This document shows, piece by piece, positions 35,155 to 52,399 of a DNA stretch of 64,000 nt (position 1 is the stretch's first letter; every line of letters starts with the position of its first letter). The notes below the pieces were generated by a model, which searched no databases, was not told the DNA's origin, and was given only the letters and a program-made list of their open reading frames with translations. This stretch comes from Octopus sinensis (lineage: Eukaryota), in the NCBI RefSeq assembly GCF_006345805.1, contig NW_021833800.1, positions 1-64,000 of the forward strand. The letters are read 5' to 3'. The position numbers and the translations under genes are program-made.

Positions 35155-37140
35155 TTACTGCTCGAAAGTTTTTGCTTTCTCCTCGAGAAGATCCCAGTAC
35201 AGTTTCTTTGTGAGATATTTTTGGCATTTACCAACCGCACTGGGGAAAATGCCTTTGAGTGTGTGGTGCAGACTTTTGGAGATGTGTAATATTTGGATGT
35301 GTCTGTGTGGTGTTGTGTATGGGTGATTGTTTGTTTTTATGTCATCTTCTGTATGTTTGTTTTTGATTGGATGTATTCCATCAAATTTGTGTTTTTGGTG
35401 TCTATGGCTGTGAGCATGTTTGCTGTATATGTTTTGTGGTGTTGGTGTGGCTGTTGTTTGCGTTGGGTTTTGAAATGTCTTCGGGAGATGTATTTCCCCC
35501 TGCTTTGTTCGTGTTTGCATTTGGTTTGGTTGTGTTTCTGCTCTTTATTTTCCTCTTTTTTGTAGCTATTTGCCATTCCTCACTGGTTTCGTCTTCCGAC
35601 GAAATTTCTGAGGAATCAGAAGGGGGTAGGGGTATGTTGTGGGCTTCTATGTATGTCTGTGTAAGTGGTTGTGTTGTTGTTTTCGTTGTTGTGGTTGTTG
35701 AGTGTTTGTGTGTGTTGAGTGCGGTATATAGGGATGGGGGATCAGTTGTGTGTTGTTTCTTGGTTTTTCTGTTCCTTTGGGTTTTGCTGTTGTTGGTGGT
35801 GTTGGTATTTTTTCAGGTGTTGAGTGGTTTTTGGTTGATGACGGATTAGCTTGGTGTGCTTCTCTTGTCGTCTTCTGTGTTGATGGTGGTGTGGGTAGTA
35901 GAGCTTTTTTTCCGGAGTGCTTTGGGTTGTGGTAGTGGTTGTTGTTGTTGCTCTTGGTGTGCAGTGGTGGGCACGTCTTTTTCAAGTGTGTTTCGCTTCC
36001 ACACAAATAGCAGCGGGTCGCCTGCCCTCTACCACTATATAGAGTTTGTAGCCTCCTGGCAGTTCTATAGCGGTGGGTATCTTCTCTCTTGCTGCTTCAT
36101 CCAATTGAAGCAGGAATTCGATTGATTTGCCCACATAGTCTTTCTCTCCTAGAACCGCGATTTCCAGGATGTTTGTCTCTGACATTGTCTCTGACATTTC
36201 AAAGCAGATGGCAGAGACAACCATTGTGTTTCGACATCAAATGGTATGTTTTTTATTTGGACTTTCGTGACCCTTTTGTTTAAATAGACTGGTATCATTA
36301 CCAAGTCGTCCGAATGCAGCTCCAATGTGGAAAAACGTTTTGCTAAACTTTCGTTGAGGAAACGTACTTGGACTGTACCAAATTTGTTTCCCCAACTGAT
36401 ATATTCCTTGGAGTCCCATGCAGGACGAAGGCATTTTTCGATTTTTTCCTGCGGTGCATTTTCTGTTCTTCTTGTTTTTTTTGTTTATTACTTTATAAAT
36501 TATTGTTTTTTTTGGTTGTTTTCCACGATGTGTTGTGGAATGTGAAGGTGCAATTTGTCTCCTTCTTTGGAGAAGAGTGCCTTTGTGCGGTTTATCTCTG
36601 TGTGGTGAATGTTACAATTGTTCTTTTTTTTTTGTTACGTCCGCAAAACATCGTTTTGAATTTGGCAGTAGAAGTGTAATTGTGGCAGTGTTAATTGAAG
36701 TCATGGTAGGTAGTGGTGTTGGTGTTGGCGGTATTAGCAGCAGAAGGCTTGGATGTAGCATTTGACGTCGTAGTAGTGGTGTTGGTGTTGGCGGTGTTGT
36801 GTCTTTGGTAGGCGGCTTTGTGCCAATTCGTTGTTGTTGTTGGTGGTGATGGTGGTGGTGCTGGCATTCAATGTTTTCGTTTGTATTCATTTTTGAAATC
36901 CCTTCTCTGTCCCTTTATCATCAACAAGTGGTGTGGGGAGTGAGGGGAAATCTAAGTTAATGTCTTTGGTCGCGGCGATGGTGAATGCGACGTTAGATTT
37001 GTTGTTGTTGTTGTTGGTGGTGGTGATGGTGGGTGACAGCGGTGTTCACGCTGCGATGTGTTAGCAGCTAGTGGTAGCAATAGTGTTTTGCTACCGTTCT
37101 GCATGACTGGCGGGCTAGCCACGTGGTTTCTAGTTGCCAT
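35155..37140 (-). pseudogene. ORF1 (gag-like, single CCHC zinc knuckle, Thr/Pro-rich linkers; frameshifted)
   Basis: ATG at 37140. CYLCGSETHLKKTC (CX2CX4HX4C) at 36012-35971. Stop at 35155, just upstream of ORF2. Confidence 0.8.
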
Positions 37141-37366
37141 TTTCAAAATGAAAAATGGCTAAAAAACCCACGAAAGTTTTGAAAGTTTTTTTGTAATTTC
37201 GCCCATACAGGGGCGGAATTCTACGTGAATAATTCTCAGGTTTTTTAGTGACTGAACTTGCACAACGATTAAAACAAAATATTTGACAACAAGGAGTTTT
37301 AAACATGTAAAAGTGGCCAACTTACGTGGAGCCGATATGACTAGCGTCCGTCCATTGTGAGATTCC

Positions 37367-37374
37367 AGAGATAG

Positions 37375-37431
<57 letters not shown>

Positions 37432-37778
37432 CATACATACATACATACATACATACATACATACATACATACATACATACATACATACATACATACATGG
37501 ATAGATAGATAGCTACTACTACTACATACATAATACATACATACCTGGATAGGAGATAGATAGATAGATAGATATAGATAGATACATACATACATAAAAA
37601 ATACATACATGGATAGATGAGAGATAGATAAGATAGATAGATAAATAGATATGATAGATAGATAGATAGATAGGTAGTAGGTATGTTGGTAGGTACGTAG
37701 GTAGGTACATAGGTAGGTAGGTAGATAGGTAGATAGATAAATAGACAGAGACAGACAGACAGACAAACAAACAGGTAA

Positions 37779-37814
<36 letters not shown>

Positions 37815-37854
37815 GATAGATAGATAGATACATACATACATACATACATACATG

Positions 37855-37899
<45 letters not shown>

Positions 37900-38167
37900 G
37901 TAGGTAAGTAGGTAGGTAGGTAGGTAGGTAGGTAGATAGATAGATAAATAGACAGAGACAGATAGACAGACAAACAAACAGGTAAATAGATAGATAGATT
38001 GAAGGATAGATAGATAGATAGATACATAATACATACATACATACATACATACATACATACATACATACATACATACATACATGGATAGACACATATGTTT
38101 CTTTATTAGCCACGCAGGGCTGCACACAGACAGGACAAAATTACAAGGTAGAGCTTTTCTTTTGGGG

Positions 38168-38258
<91 letters not shown>

Positions 38259-38259
38259 G

Positions 38260-38327
<68 letters not shown>

Positions 38328-38330
38328 CAT
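37367..38330. repeat. Compound (GATA)n/(CATA)n/(GGTA)n tetranucleotide array
   Basis: Direct inspection. Forms the 5' flank of the Tx1 element. Confidence 0.95.
38095..38167 (-). mobile_element. 73-nt 3'-terminal Tx1 fragment inside the GATA array
   Basis: atgtttctttattagccacgcagggctgcacacagacaggacaaaattacaaggtagagcttttcttttgggg matches the 3' ends at 30759 and 31301 (closer to the 30759 copy). Confidence 0.9.
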
Positions 38331-38918
38331 ACAGACAGAGAGTCAGGTAGGTAGATGGGATGTATTTAGAGGCATATAGTGCATCAGTTAATTGAAACCA
38401 ATATTCTCGACTTCCGATGACTTCGTATCTTAGTACTTTCTTCGGTAAATATCCAATGAGATCTCATAAATTCGTGTGCCACATGAAAGATTTGACTTAA
38501 CTAAAATAGTATTTTGTATTGCAGAAACATGTACGAGCTTTCATTCGGCGTCTGACAGTGCAGGGAGAAGAGGAGAGAATGAGAGAATGAGAGATGGAAT
38601 GAGAGAGAGAGTTTTATGATCACAACAGCTCTGATCCGCCCAAACACTACATCGGAAATTAGTTTTTGATAATGCCATCATCCTGTATCAGATCAAAGAC
38701 CGTAGCCTTTGGAGAAATGGGAAAATAGTAGAAGCCACAGTTGTGAATTTGTAATTTCCCGCCCAACCAACAAACAAGATACTGGAAGAGAACGTCGTCT
38801 CCAGCTTCACAGCTCATACACACTGATGCTTATAGACACATGCATATATTCATACATATATACATACATACATACATACATACACACAACACACAGATAT
38901 ATATATATATATATATAC

Positions 38919-38974
<56 letters not shown>

Positions 38975-38983
38975 CATATATAC

Positions 38984-39016
<33 letters not shown>

Positions 39017-39163
39017 CATACGTGTATACATATGAGTATAGTGTGTGTGTGTGGTTATATGTGTGATTCGTGTGTTATGTGTGTGATACTGTTGTGTATG
39101 TGTGAGTGTGAAACGTGTGTATTTGTATATGTGTATATACCTATATATAGTATATTATTTCTG

Positions 39164-39197
<34 letters not shown>

Positions 39198-39299
39198 GTA
39201 TATATGTTATATATATATATATATTATATATATATATATATATAATATGTGTGTGTGTGTGTGGTGTGGGGGTGGGGTGTGTGGTGTGGTGTGTGTGTG

Positions 39300-39500
39300 C
39301 CGTGGCGATGATTATGATGCTGCACTCATGATCGGGAGATCGTGGTTCCAATTCCTGTTGCATTCTTGAACAAACCACTTCATCTCAATCTGCGATCACT
39401 TCAACACTTGACATGGTGCTACATCGTGTACCTGGATTTGATGGAGGGAGTGAGCTAATGTACATTACAAACATTTGACCATTATGAACTAATCATATGT
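39300..39500 (+). mobile_element. Old tRNA-derived SINE-like remnant
   Basis: Box-B-like ggttccaattcc after ...cactcatgatcgggagatcgt. Single degenerate copy. Confidence 0.4.
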
Positions 39501-39769
39501 GTTGGTTGTGTTAAAACACGTTAACGTCTCAAAATAATTTTTTATTAATCGACTTATTATCTTTCTAGTAATAGTACGATTTATAGAAATAGACCGAAGA
39601 ATAGATCTAGGAAAATAATTCGGTTCGCCCAACCCTTTTCCCTAAATGTTAAAACGAACATAGGCAAAAGATTCGTGTTTCTTTTAGATAAGCATTTCTC
39701 AAAAAAATCACAATTACAGAATGGTCTTTAACAGACGCTCAATTATGCCCCGATATGAAGAACATCACC

Positions 39770-40215
39770 AGCACCACCAACAGCCCACTCCCAGCTGTAA
39801 CTGACGAGACCCTAGAGCTTGTCCACTTGACCAGAGGTGCATGATAAACTCCGCCTTGTATGAGGCAAAAGTTACAGCTGTATAATAACCTAACCGAGAA
39901 GAAGAATTACATCGGGCTATGTGAAGGCGATTTCAAAAGTCGCTATGCTAACCACCTGTCTTCTTTCCGGCACATGAACAAAAGTAAAACAACTAAGTTC
40001 GCTAACCATGTATAGGGTTTGAACCCCACACCTAATATAATCAAGCGGAAAATCGTAGGAAAATCCTTGCATGTGTTAATGGATAAAGCAAAAATGTAAG
40101 TTATGCGTAGCCGAAAGATAACATATCATTTTTAGTTCTAAGAATTTCACCTCACTGCTGAATACCTGATCAGAAATGTTCAGCAAATGCAAACATTTGG
40201 ACAAATTTCTTTTGG
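39770..40215 (+). pseudogene. Penelope GIY-YIG endonuclease remnant
   Basis: SCN*RDPRACPLDQRC..ALYEAKV, NYIGLCEGDFKSRYANHLSSFRH, SKKCKLCVAE, LLNT*SEMFSKCKHLDKFLL. Confidence 0.82.
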
Positions 40216-40647
40216 CGATTCGTAAAATACCATCCTCTCCGGATTGAGCAGCTGTATCGTAGACATTAGACCCCTTCCGTTGATTCCACGGCTCTACGTT
40301 TAAAGGGGACATAACTGTAATTCTTTTTCCTTTATTTTCCCTTTCCGTTTTTCTTCACCATTCTACCTTTTGAACACACCATCTTGTTTTGTTTTTTCTT
40401 GTTTTTTCTTTTGTTCCATTTTCCCAATCTTTGACTTGTATAGGCCTTGTGTTCAGAGCCTAAAGATTACTTGGAGACATTTGGCGAGTTTTAAAACCTG
40501 GAAATATAAGATCCTCAGTGTATCAAACTATTAGTAGTCCATAACTATACGCTGTGTACAGTAAAAAGTATTTATCTATCACCAGATGGAGTGCTTTTTT
40601 AACCATATCTTCACGGTAGAGTACACTATAATGTATATGCATATATG

Positions 40648-40687
<40 letters not shown>

Positions 40688-41076
40688 CAATAATAATAAA
40701 AGGGTAAAATTAATTAACTAATTAATAATTGATAATTTTACCAAGTAGTTCGGTACGATAAAATAACCTTTTTAGGTAAAATTATACAAATATTCTATAA
40801 TTATAATCAGGGGTCAGCTAATTGCTTCGACAGACATCGAATTTTGAAATAGGGGTTAAAATACCTTTTCCGCTACCATAAATGTCTCCCAGACAGTAAT
40901 ACACTTTCTTTACGTAGGCAAAGAGAAAAAATAACGAATCCACACGACTCAGATTAGCAACATACGCATTTCGGGATTAAAGTAAAGTTATATTTACTTA
41001 CTTATTTCTCATCTTCCGTGCAGGATTTCAAATATAAATTTCAGAGTGTTAGGATTAAAGATATTTATGGTGGCGG

Positions 41077-41771
41077 AAAAGAGTTAACAACTGCTCTTCT
41101 CTCCTTTCTTGCGAACTCATTTCACCCTTTTTGGATAGACTTGTGACTGGTGACGAAAAATGGATCTTCTATCGAAATGTTAAACGTCGTAAACAGTGGC
41201 TTGGTAAATGGGAAAAAGCTCAACCACAACCGAGAAGGGAACTTCATGGTAAAAAGGTTCTTCTCTCTGCCTGGTGGGATTGCAAAGGAGTAATTCAATT
41301 TGAATTGTTACCACCTAATGTAACAATCAATGCTCAAGTCTACTGTCGGCAATTAGAGCGTTTGAACCAAGCTTTGAAGAAAGAAAGACCCGCTTTAGTG
41401 AATCGAAAAGGAGTGATGTTTCATCAGGACAATGCGCGACCCCATACTGCAAAGATTACATCACAGAAGATCGAAGAGCTTAGTTGGGAAAAAATTCCTC
41501 ATCCACCTTATTCTCCCGAACCTTGCTCCTTCAGACTACCATTTTTTTCGTAGCTTACAGAATCTTTTGGTGGGAGGCATAACTTTCGCAAATCTCCTGG
41601 CTTTTCTGACATTTCCTGGCTTTGAAACCAAAAGAGTTTTACATTGATGGAAGGAAGTCATAGATAATCAGGGAAAGTACATTGATGATTAAATTTCAAT
41701 TAAATATAACATTTGATCACTTGTTTTCTTCATTCAAAATTTTCGGACAGAACTTATAAGGGATGACCTGA
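41077..41771 (+). mobile_element. 5'-truncated mariner (SETMAR/Hsmar1-like transposase C-half plus right TIR)
   Basis: FLDRLVTGDEKW, HQDNARPH, PHPPYSP and LAPSDYH motifs. Right end ...gatgacctga followed by TA. Confidence 0.88.
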
Positions 41772-41789
41772 TAGATATAGCATGGTGTG

Positions 41790-42130
41790 AACTGCATAGA
41801 GGGTGAGGGACAACTGGTTACCAGGATTGAATGGTGTCCTGGTGCAGGTGCTACCGATCCGAGTGGAAGGGTTCTGGCCTTTTGCAACGAAATCTCTTCC
41901 TGAACTCCCTCAAATCCTCTACAAAGTACCTTCTGTCGATCGTTTGGATAGAAGGCACCCAGTAGATGTAGATAATACGCTTGCTGTTGAAAAAAGGAGA
42001 TCATCGTGAGCTTCTCAGTCGACTTGAGTAACCGGGCCTCTTGTGCCCACGAAAGACATACTCAGCTCATTACAAGTTAATCCACGATCAGTCTGGAGCA
42101 TTTCATAAATTTCTGTGGCATTTTTTGCCC
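41790..42130 (-). pseudogene. Deleted mariner transposase remnant, third family
   Basis: Minus strand ATEIYEMLQT, KSTEKLTMISFF and IYIYWVPSIQT...LREFRKRFRCKRPEPFHSDR*HLHQD. Confidence 0.65.
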
Positions 42131-42548
42131 AGTTTAACACAAAACTTTATTGCATAGCGAAAATCCAAATAGGGAGCATACTGTCAGATGTGATAAGCAA
42201 TGTTTAGTCGGATGTGTTGAAAATGCTCCGTTAAACTAGGAAAACAAAAGTTGGCAGGTCAGCTTATTAGATGCATAATGATCTACTGAAATTAGAATAA
42301 TCTAAGACAGTTATAAAGACTTCGCCTTACAAAGTCTCAAAACTTCTGGAATGCACTTCGTACATAAGATATATTCTTTAAAAATTTTCAACAGTTTTCG
42401 TTATAGCAAATATTTTTATGGATATATAGGCATGTGTATATGTTTTATATTTTAAACATTCATGCAAGCATGCATGCATATATACATACATACATACATA
42501 CATACATACATACATACATACATACATACTTACCTATATATTATATAT

Positions 42549-42580
<32 letters not shown>

Positions 42581-42990
42581 ATATATATAATATGTTTATG
42601 TTCACTTATATGCATATACATATGTATGTATGTATGTATGTTATGTATGTATGTATGTATGTATGTATGATGATTATGTATGTATGTATGTATGTATGCC
42701 CACGCTGTCTATAAATGCAGACAGATTTGTTTGAGATTTTAAAAAACATTTGTAAGAAAATTTTCTAAAATGATTATAAAAATAACACTCGAGTCTTCAG
42801 ATAAAACACGGCCTCAAGAGTATAACTTTTTCTTTATAATTAAAATGTAGCTATAAAAATGAGAGTATGAGATTTGGAAAATGTCAACATTCAACTGGTC
42901 AACAAAAAGATTGTCGGATTCTTGAAGTCGAAGTCTATATTTATCAATGAAACACTCTAATAAGGATATAAAAATATTTCACATATTTTT

Positions 42991-43397
42991 GCGCGGGGGC
43001 GGCTGTGTGGTAAGTAGCTTGCTAACCAACCACATGGTTCCGGGTTCAGTCCCACTGCGTGGCATCTTGGGCAAGTGTCTTCTGCTATAGCCTTGGGCCG
43101 ACCAAAGTCTTGTGAGTGGATTTGGTAGACGGAAACTGAAAGAAGCCCGTCGTATATATGTATATATATATATCTATGCATGTGTGTGTTTGTGTGTCTG
43201 TGTCCACCTCGCATTGCTTGACAACCGATGCTGGTGTGTTTATGTCCCCGTTACTTAGCGGTTCGGCAAAAAGAGACCGATAGAATAAGTACTGGGCTTA
43301 CAAAAAGAATAAGTCCCGAGGTCGAGTTGCTCGATTAAAGGTGGTGCTCCAGCATTGCCGCAGTCAACTGACTGAAACAAGTAAAAGAGTAAAAGAG
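42991..43397 (+). mobile_element. SINE family A, full length
   Basis: Collinear with 539-937. Confidence 0.9.
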
Positions 43398-43645
43398 TAT
43401 ATGTATATACCACACACATGAACGCCCATACTCTTCCATCGACACACGCACACACACACACACACAACACACACGCGTACACACCCACCCACATGCAGGC
43501 ATGTACCCACACATACATACAAGCACAGACAGCTGTATAAAAAAAAACTCTTCCTACATGTGATCACGCGCGCGCGCACACACACACACACATGCACACA
43601 TACATGCGTACACACATATACACACACACATATATATATATATAC

Positions 43646-43878
43646 CTATTTCTTTACAACCCACAAGGGGCTAAACACAGAGAGGACAAACAAGGACAGG
43701 CAAACGGATTAAGTCGATTATATCGACCCCAGTGCGTAACTGGTACTTATTTAATCGACCCCGAAAGGATGAAAGGCAAAGTCGACCTCGGCGGAATTTG
43801 AACTCAGAACGTAACTGCAGAGGAAATACCACTAAGCATTTCGCCCGGCGTGCTAACGTCTCTGCCAGCTCGCCGCCT
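43646..43878 (-). mobile_element. SINE family B, long tail, full length
   Basis: Complete head and tail. 3' flank reads gaaatag|gtatata, and ggtatat also occurs at the 5' flank (possible decayed TSD). Confidence 0.9.
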
Positions 43879-45107
43879 TTTACATATACCCATTGTTCTA
43901 TGAATCTGTCTATATATGCTCATTACCATAGTCATTATTGTACACGTGTATTTGCATTATTGAATATAAACATACAAATCCTGTGTGTATATATATATAT
44001 GTATTGAAAAACGCACGCAGACACATGCATGCCTACACATATTTCGTACTTGTTGACAAGTTCGCGCGCGCACACATACACACGCATACATACAACTGCA
44101 CATACATACACATTCTCTCTGAGAACAACGTTACACATTATACACTCACGTACAAGCATGCCCACACACACACACACACATATGCATATACATACATATA
44201 CGTTCAAAATATACGCTGACGATTGACCCGCTACACACAACTTACACGTATACAAAGAAAAACATACAAATACACAATACAAATACTCACACACACTATA
44301 CACAGTGTATACACGCTCCAACACATCACTGACACACATGCATACACATAATATTCTCTCTTCATAAACAAACACATACATACAGATGCGTAGTACGCAA
44401 ACGCACATACGGATTACGCAGACATCCACGCATACACAATTATGCACACACACATATACACTCGTAAACATAGAAACGCACATTCACACATTCACATATA
44501 TACACACAAGCATACTCAGACACACACATAAACACACGCCACACACACACACACACATAACACACACACACACACACACACATAAACACACACACACACA
44601 CACACACATAAACACACACACAGCCAGCTATGGTGCTTCTGGAGATGGCGGTGGTAGCGGAGAGCTCGGTTCACATCAAAAGCTCCGTCGACAAACCAAT
44701 TTTGATAAGGGTTTCTGTTTAACTTTTAAACTAATAAACACTTTTGCAGAAGCCCCACAAGTTGAATAAATTGTCGAAGGTATTGATGCCTTCTTCTCTA
44801 CGTCTTTCACTTCCTCCCTCTGCTTTTCTCCTCCTCTCGCCATTTCCCTTCCCCTCTCTTTCTCTCTTTTGATCTAATCATTTCCATTGAAAACATCCGA
44901 TGGTTGCGTTACAAGTAAATTATTCTCCACCCCGACTCTTCTCACCACTTCCCATCCACATTGCTTTCTTTTTCTTTCAATTGGTCCTGGGGAGAAATTG
45001 GATGAGGTTTAAGGTGGTGGTGGTGGTGGTACTGGTGGTGGGGGTGGTGGGGGTGGTGGGGGTGGTGATGTGGGTGGAGGCGCTGATGATGAAGGTGTGA
45101 TTGTTGG

Positions 45108-45139
<32 letters not shown>

Positions 45140-45433
45140 GTGATGCCGATAGTGATAGTGGTGATTATAACGACGTCGACGTCAAATTTTGAAGCTGTTC
45201 TCTACTTTTTTATTTGAATAGCAGAACAAATAAAAATATAATAAACGGACATGAACTGCCACATACACACACTCACACACACAAACACACACACATATGC
45301 ACAAAGTGTGTGTGTGTGTGTGTGTGTGTGTGTTCTTCCTTCCTTGGATCTGCGATTCCTGATGGCTTCACAAGGGCCGTCGTTATCAGATACGGAATGT
45401 CTTCAGCTCTTCTCATTACCAATATTAGAAATC

Positions 45434-45695
45434 ACTTGAGTTCAAATTCCGCCGAGGAATCCTTTTGGGGTCGATAAATTAAGTAACAGTTGCGTACCGG
45501 AGTCGATCTAATCGATTAGACCCCGCCCCCAAAATTTCGGGCCTTGTGCCAAGAAAAGAATATTTAGAAATCATTCGAGTTGGCAGAATCATTAGAGCGC
45601 CGGGAAAATGTTTGCTTCGTATTATGAGTTCAAATCCTACCGTGGTTAAATTTGCTTTCCATCCTTTCAGGATCGATAAAATAAAGTACCAATGA
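45434..45695 (+). mobile_element. Rearranged SINE family B short-tail pieces
   Basis: Core and short tail at 45434-45560, followed by a degenerate head/core at 45577-45695. Confidence 0.65.
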
Positions 45696-45863
45696 AATAT
45701 CGAAGTCGATGCTATCAACTACCCACCTATCCTGTGATTTGATGGGCTTTTGCCTAAATCAGAAAGCAGTGTTGTTGTTGTTGTTGTTGATGTTAATGCG
45801 ACCATTGGTAGAATCTTTGGAACGTCGTAGAAAATGCTTATCATTTTATTATTATTATTATCA

Positions 45864-45899
<36 letters not shown>

Positions 45900-45901
45900 C
45901 A

Positions 45902-45988
<87 letters not shown>

Positions 45989-46475
45989 ATAAATATTATT
46001 ATTATTATATGTTTGGTTTTTGTTTTGTATTTGTACAAGTTGACTCCAAGTCTCACCCAGAAACCTCAAGAGACGACGTGTTAGAAGTTCAAGTTGGTGT
46101 TTTGACTAGGGTGCCATATATTTGGTTTTTCACAGAGCATTGTTCAAGAGTATTATTATTATTATTATTATTATTATTTTATTATTATTATTATTATTAT
46201 ATTATTATATTATTATTATTATATTATTATCATTATCATTTTCGTTATCATCTTCCTTCAATTCTCTTTCCATTTCTTACCGAGTGTCTTCCTGACACCC
46301 AGGGCAGAGAAACGCACTGTATACATTGGTAGGCCATTAAAATAAACCCACCAGATTGTTCATTTACAAAGTCATGTGATAGAGAAAAAGGGAAGAACGA
46401 CAGAGAGAAAAAGGAAAAAATAAAAAATGAAAAACCAAACAAAGAAAATGAAGGGGAAAAAAGGGAAAGAAAAAT

Positions 46476-50215
<3,740 letters not shown>

Positions 50216-50235
50216 CATTATTATTATTATTATTA

Positions 50236-50550
50236 CAAGGCTGCGAGCTGGCAGAATCGTTAGCACGCCGGACGAAATGTGTAGCCGTATTTCGTCTGCC
50301 GTTACGTTCTGAGTTCAAATTCCGCCGAGGTCGACTTTGGCTTTCATCCTCCTGGGGTCGATAAATTAAGTACCAGTTGCGCACTGGGGTCGATGTAATC
50401 GACTTGATCCGTTTGTCTGTCCTTGTTTGTCCCTTCTGTGTGTAACCCCTTGGGGGTAGTAAAGAAATAGAAATAGGTATTTCGTCTGCCGATCAAATCG
50501 ACTGTCCTCCTCCCCTCAAAATTTCGGGCCTTGTGCCTAGAACACAAAAG
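50236..50550 (+). mobile_element. SINE B long-tail copy (50236-50476) fused to a short-tail remnant (50477-50550)
   Basis: Junction gaaatag|gtatttcgtctgcc, the same as at 3617/3618. Confidence 0.85.
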
Positions 50551-50619
<69 letters not shown>

Positions 50620-50620
<1 letters not shown>

Positions 50621-50927
50621 GAAAACTCACAGTTTATTTTGCTGGGTATAATGGAAAGTGTCAGCCGTCCTCAGCCAGCAGACTAAGGTGACACTTGTTT
50701 ACTGGTCATGCTTCAAGAACCTTGCGAAGAATTCTTGCAGTTTGAGCCAATGCTGATTTTTGTAGGTGTTCTACCTTCACACTTGCACCAATCTTTTTCA
50801 GTTGAGTGCTGATACTTCCAAGTGCACCAATTACAACTGGTATCAAATCCACTCTCTTCATTGACCAAAACCTTCATATTTCCCACTTCAAATTGTCATA
50901 GTTGTTTATCTTTTCTTCTCCCTTCAC
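50620..50927 (-). mobile_element. 3' end of a second R4/Dong-like family inside (TAA)n
   Basis: EEKINNYDNLKWEI*RFWSMKRVDLIPVVIGALG...LQKSALAQTARILRKVLEA*, a short 3'UTR, and TAA arrays on both sides. Confidence 0.85.
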
Positions 50928-51122
50928 ATTATTATTATTATTATTATTATTATTGTTGTTGTTGTTGTTGTTGTTATTATTATTATTATTATATTATTAT
51001 TATTATTACTTATCATTATCATTATTATAATTATTATTATTATTATTATTATTATTATAATTATTATTATTGTTATTATTATTATTATTATATTATTATT
51101 ATTATTGTTGTTGTTATTGTTA

Positions 51123-51163
<41 letters not shown>

Positions 51164-51303
51164 TTATTATTATCATTATTATAATTATTATTATTGTTAT
51201 TATTATTATTATATTATTATTATTATTGTTGTTGTTATTGTTATTATTATTATTATTATTATTATAATTATTATTATTGTTATTATTGTTGTTGTTGTTG
51301 TTG

Positions 51304-51334
<31 letters not shown>

Positions 51335-51460
51335 CACTTATCATTATCATTATTATAATTATTATTATTGTTATTATTATTATTATTATTATATTATTAT
51401 TATTATTGTTATTGTTATTATTATTATTATTATTATTGTTGTTGTTGTTGTTGTTGTTGT
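50928..51460. repeat. (TAT/TGT)n array with higher-order 154-174 bp periodicity
   Basis: The landmark acttatcattatcattattataa (one variant) recurs at 51008, 51162 and 51336. Confidence 0.8.
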
Positions 51461-52038
51461 TGCAAGTTTACATCACAAAGAGCGCGGGTTCTCCCAACAA
51501 AAACCGCCGCCACTACTACCACAGTCGCCATCCATCAGCACAATCGCAACCTTCATGATGTTATTGTTGATGATGATGACAAAATAATAATAACAACAAC
51601 AACAACAACAACAACGACCAGCATTACGCAATCGTGGTATTCATATTGTGAAGACAAGAAGCAACAAATTGTAAAAAGAGAGATGAACCAACATCGACAT
51701 CAACAGCAGCAACAACAATATTTGAATAAGATTTGAGGGAAAAAAAAACACAGGAAATTCGCTAAAGATACAAATTTGGTAAAATTACTTGCATCCATGT
51801 GTATATAGATATACATACATACGCAGATGCATACACACATGTATATACTCGTGTACTGTATATAAACATACATACATGCATACATGTATGTATATGCGTG
51901 CATGATTATGTATATATATATATTATATCACACACACACACACACACACACACACAGATATATATATATATATGTAGGTGTATATATATGTATGTGTGTA
52001 TATATGTATATATGTCTGCATATTTATATGTATGTATG

Positions 52039-52070
<32 letters not shown>

Positions 52071-52118
52071 TGTATATGCATGTATGTTTGTTGTGTGGGT
52101 ATGTGTCTTATGTGTATG

Positions 52119-52157
<39 letters not shown>

Positions 52158-52365
52158 TATTATATGTATAAATATATATAATATATATATATAATATATA
52201 TATATATATATACGAATGTGCGCGCACATATATATGTATATATATATGTATATGTATATGTATATGAAAATAGAAGTTAGTGTTTATTAACGGTTGTACG
52301 AAGCTGTCAAAAACGAATGGTGTGTATATGTGTTTGTCTGTGTGTCTTTGTGTCTTTGTAGGTGA

Positions 52366-52399
<34 letters not shown>

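Larger units (their letters stand above)
31301..37366 (-). mobile_element. Full-length Tx1/L1-clade non-LTR retrotransposon (~6.07 kb) inserted in (GATA)n
   Basis: ~225-nt 5'UTR, ORF1, 31-nt spacer, ORF2, and a pyrimidine-rich 3'UTR ending aataaagaaacat. (AGAT)n flanks both ends. Confidence 0.93.

Noticed and set aside
45010-45075. G-rich (GGT/GGGGT)n tract with G-quadruplex potential
   Set aside because: An ordinary microsatellite in a window full of them, with nothing linking it to function.
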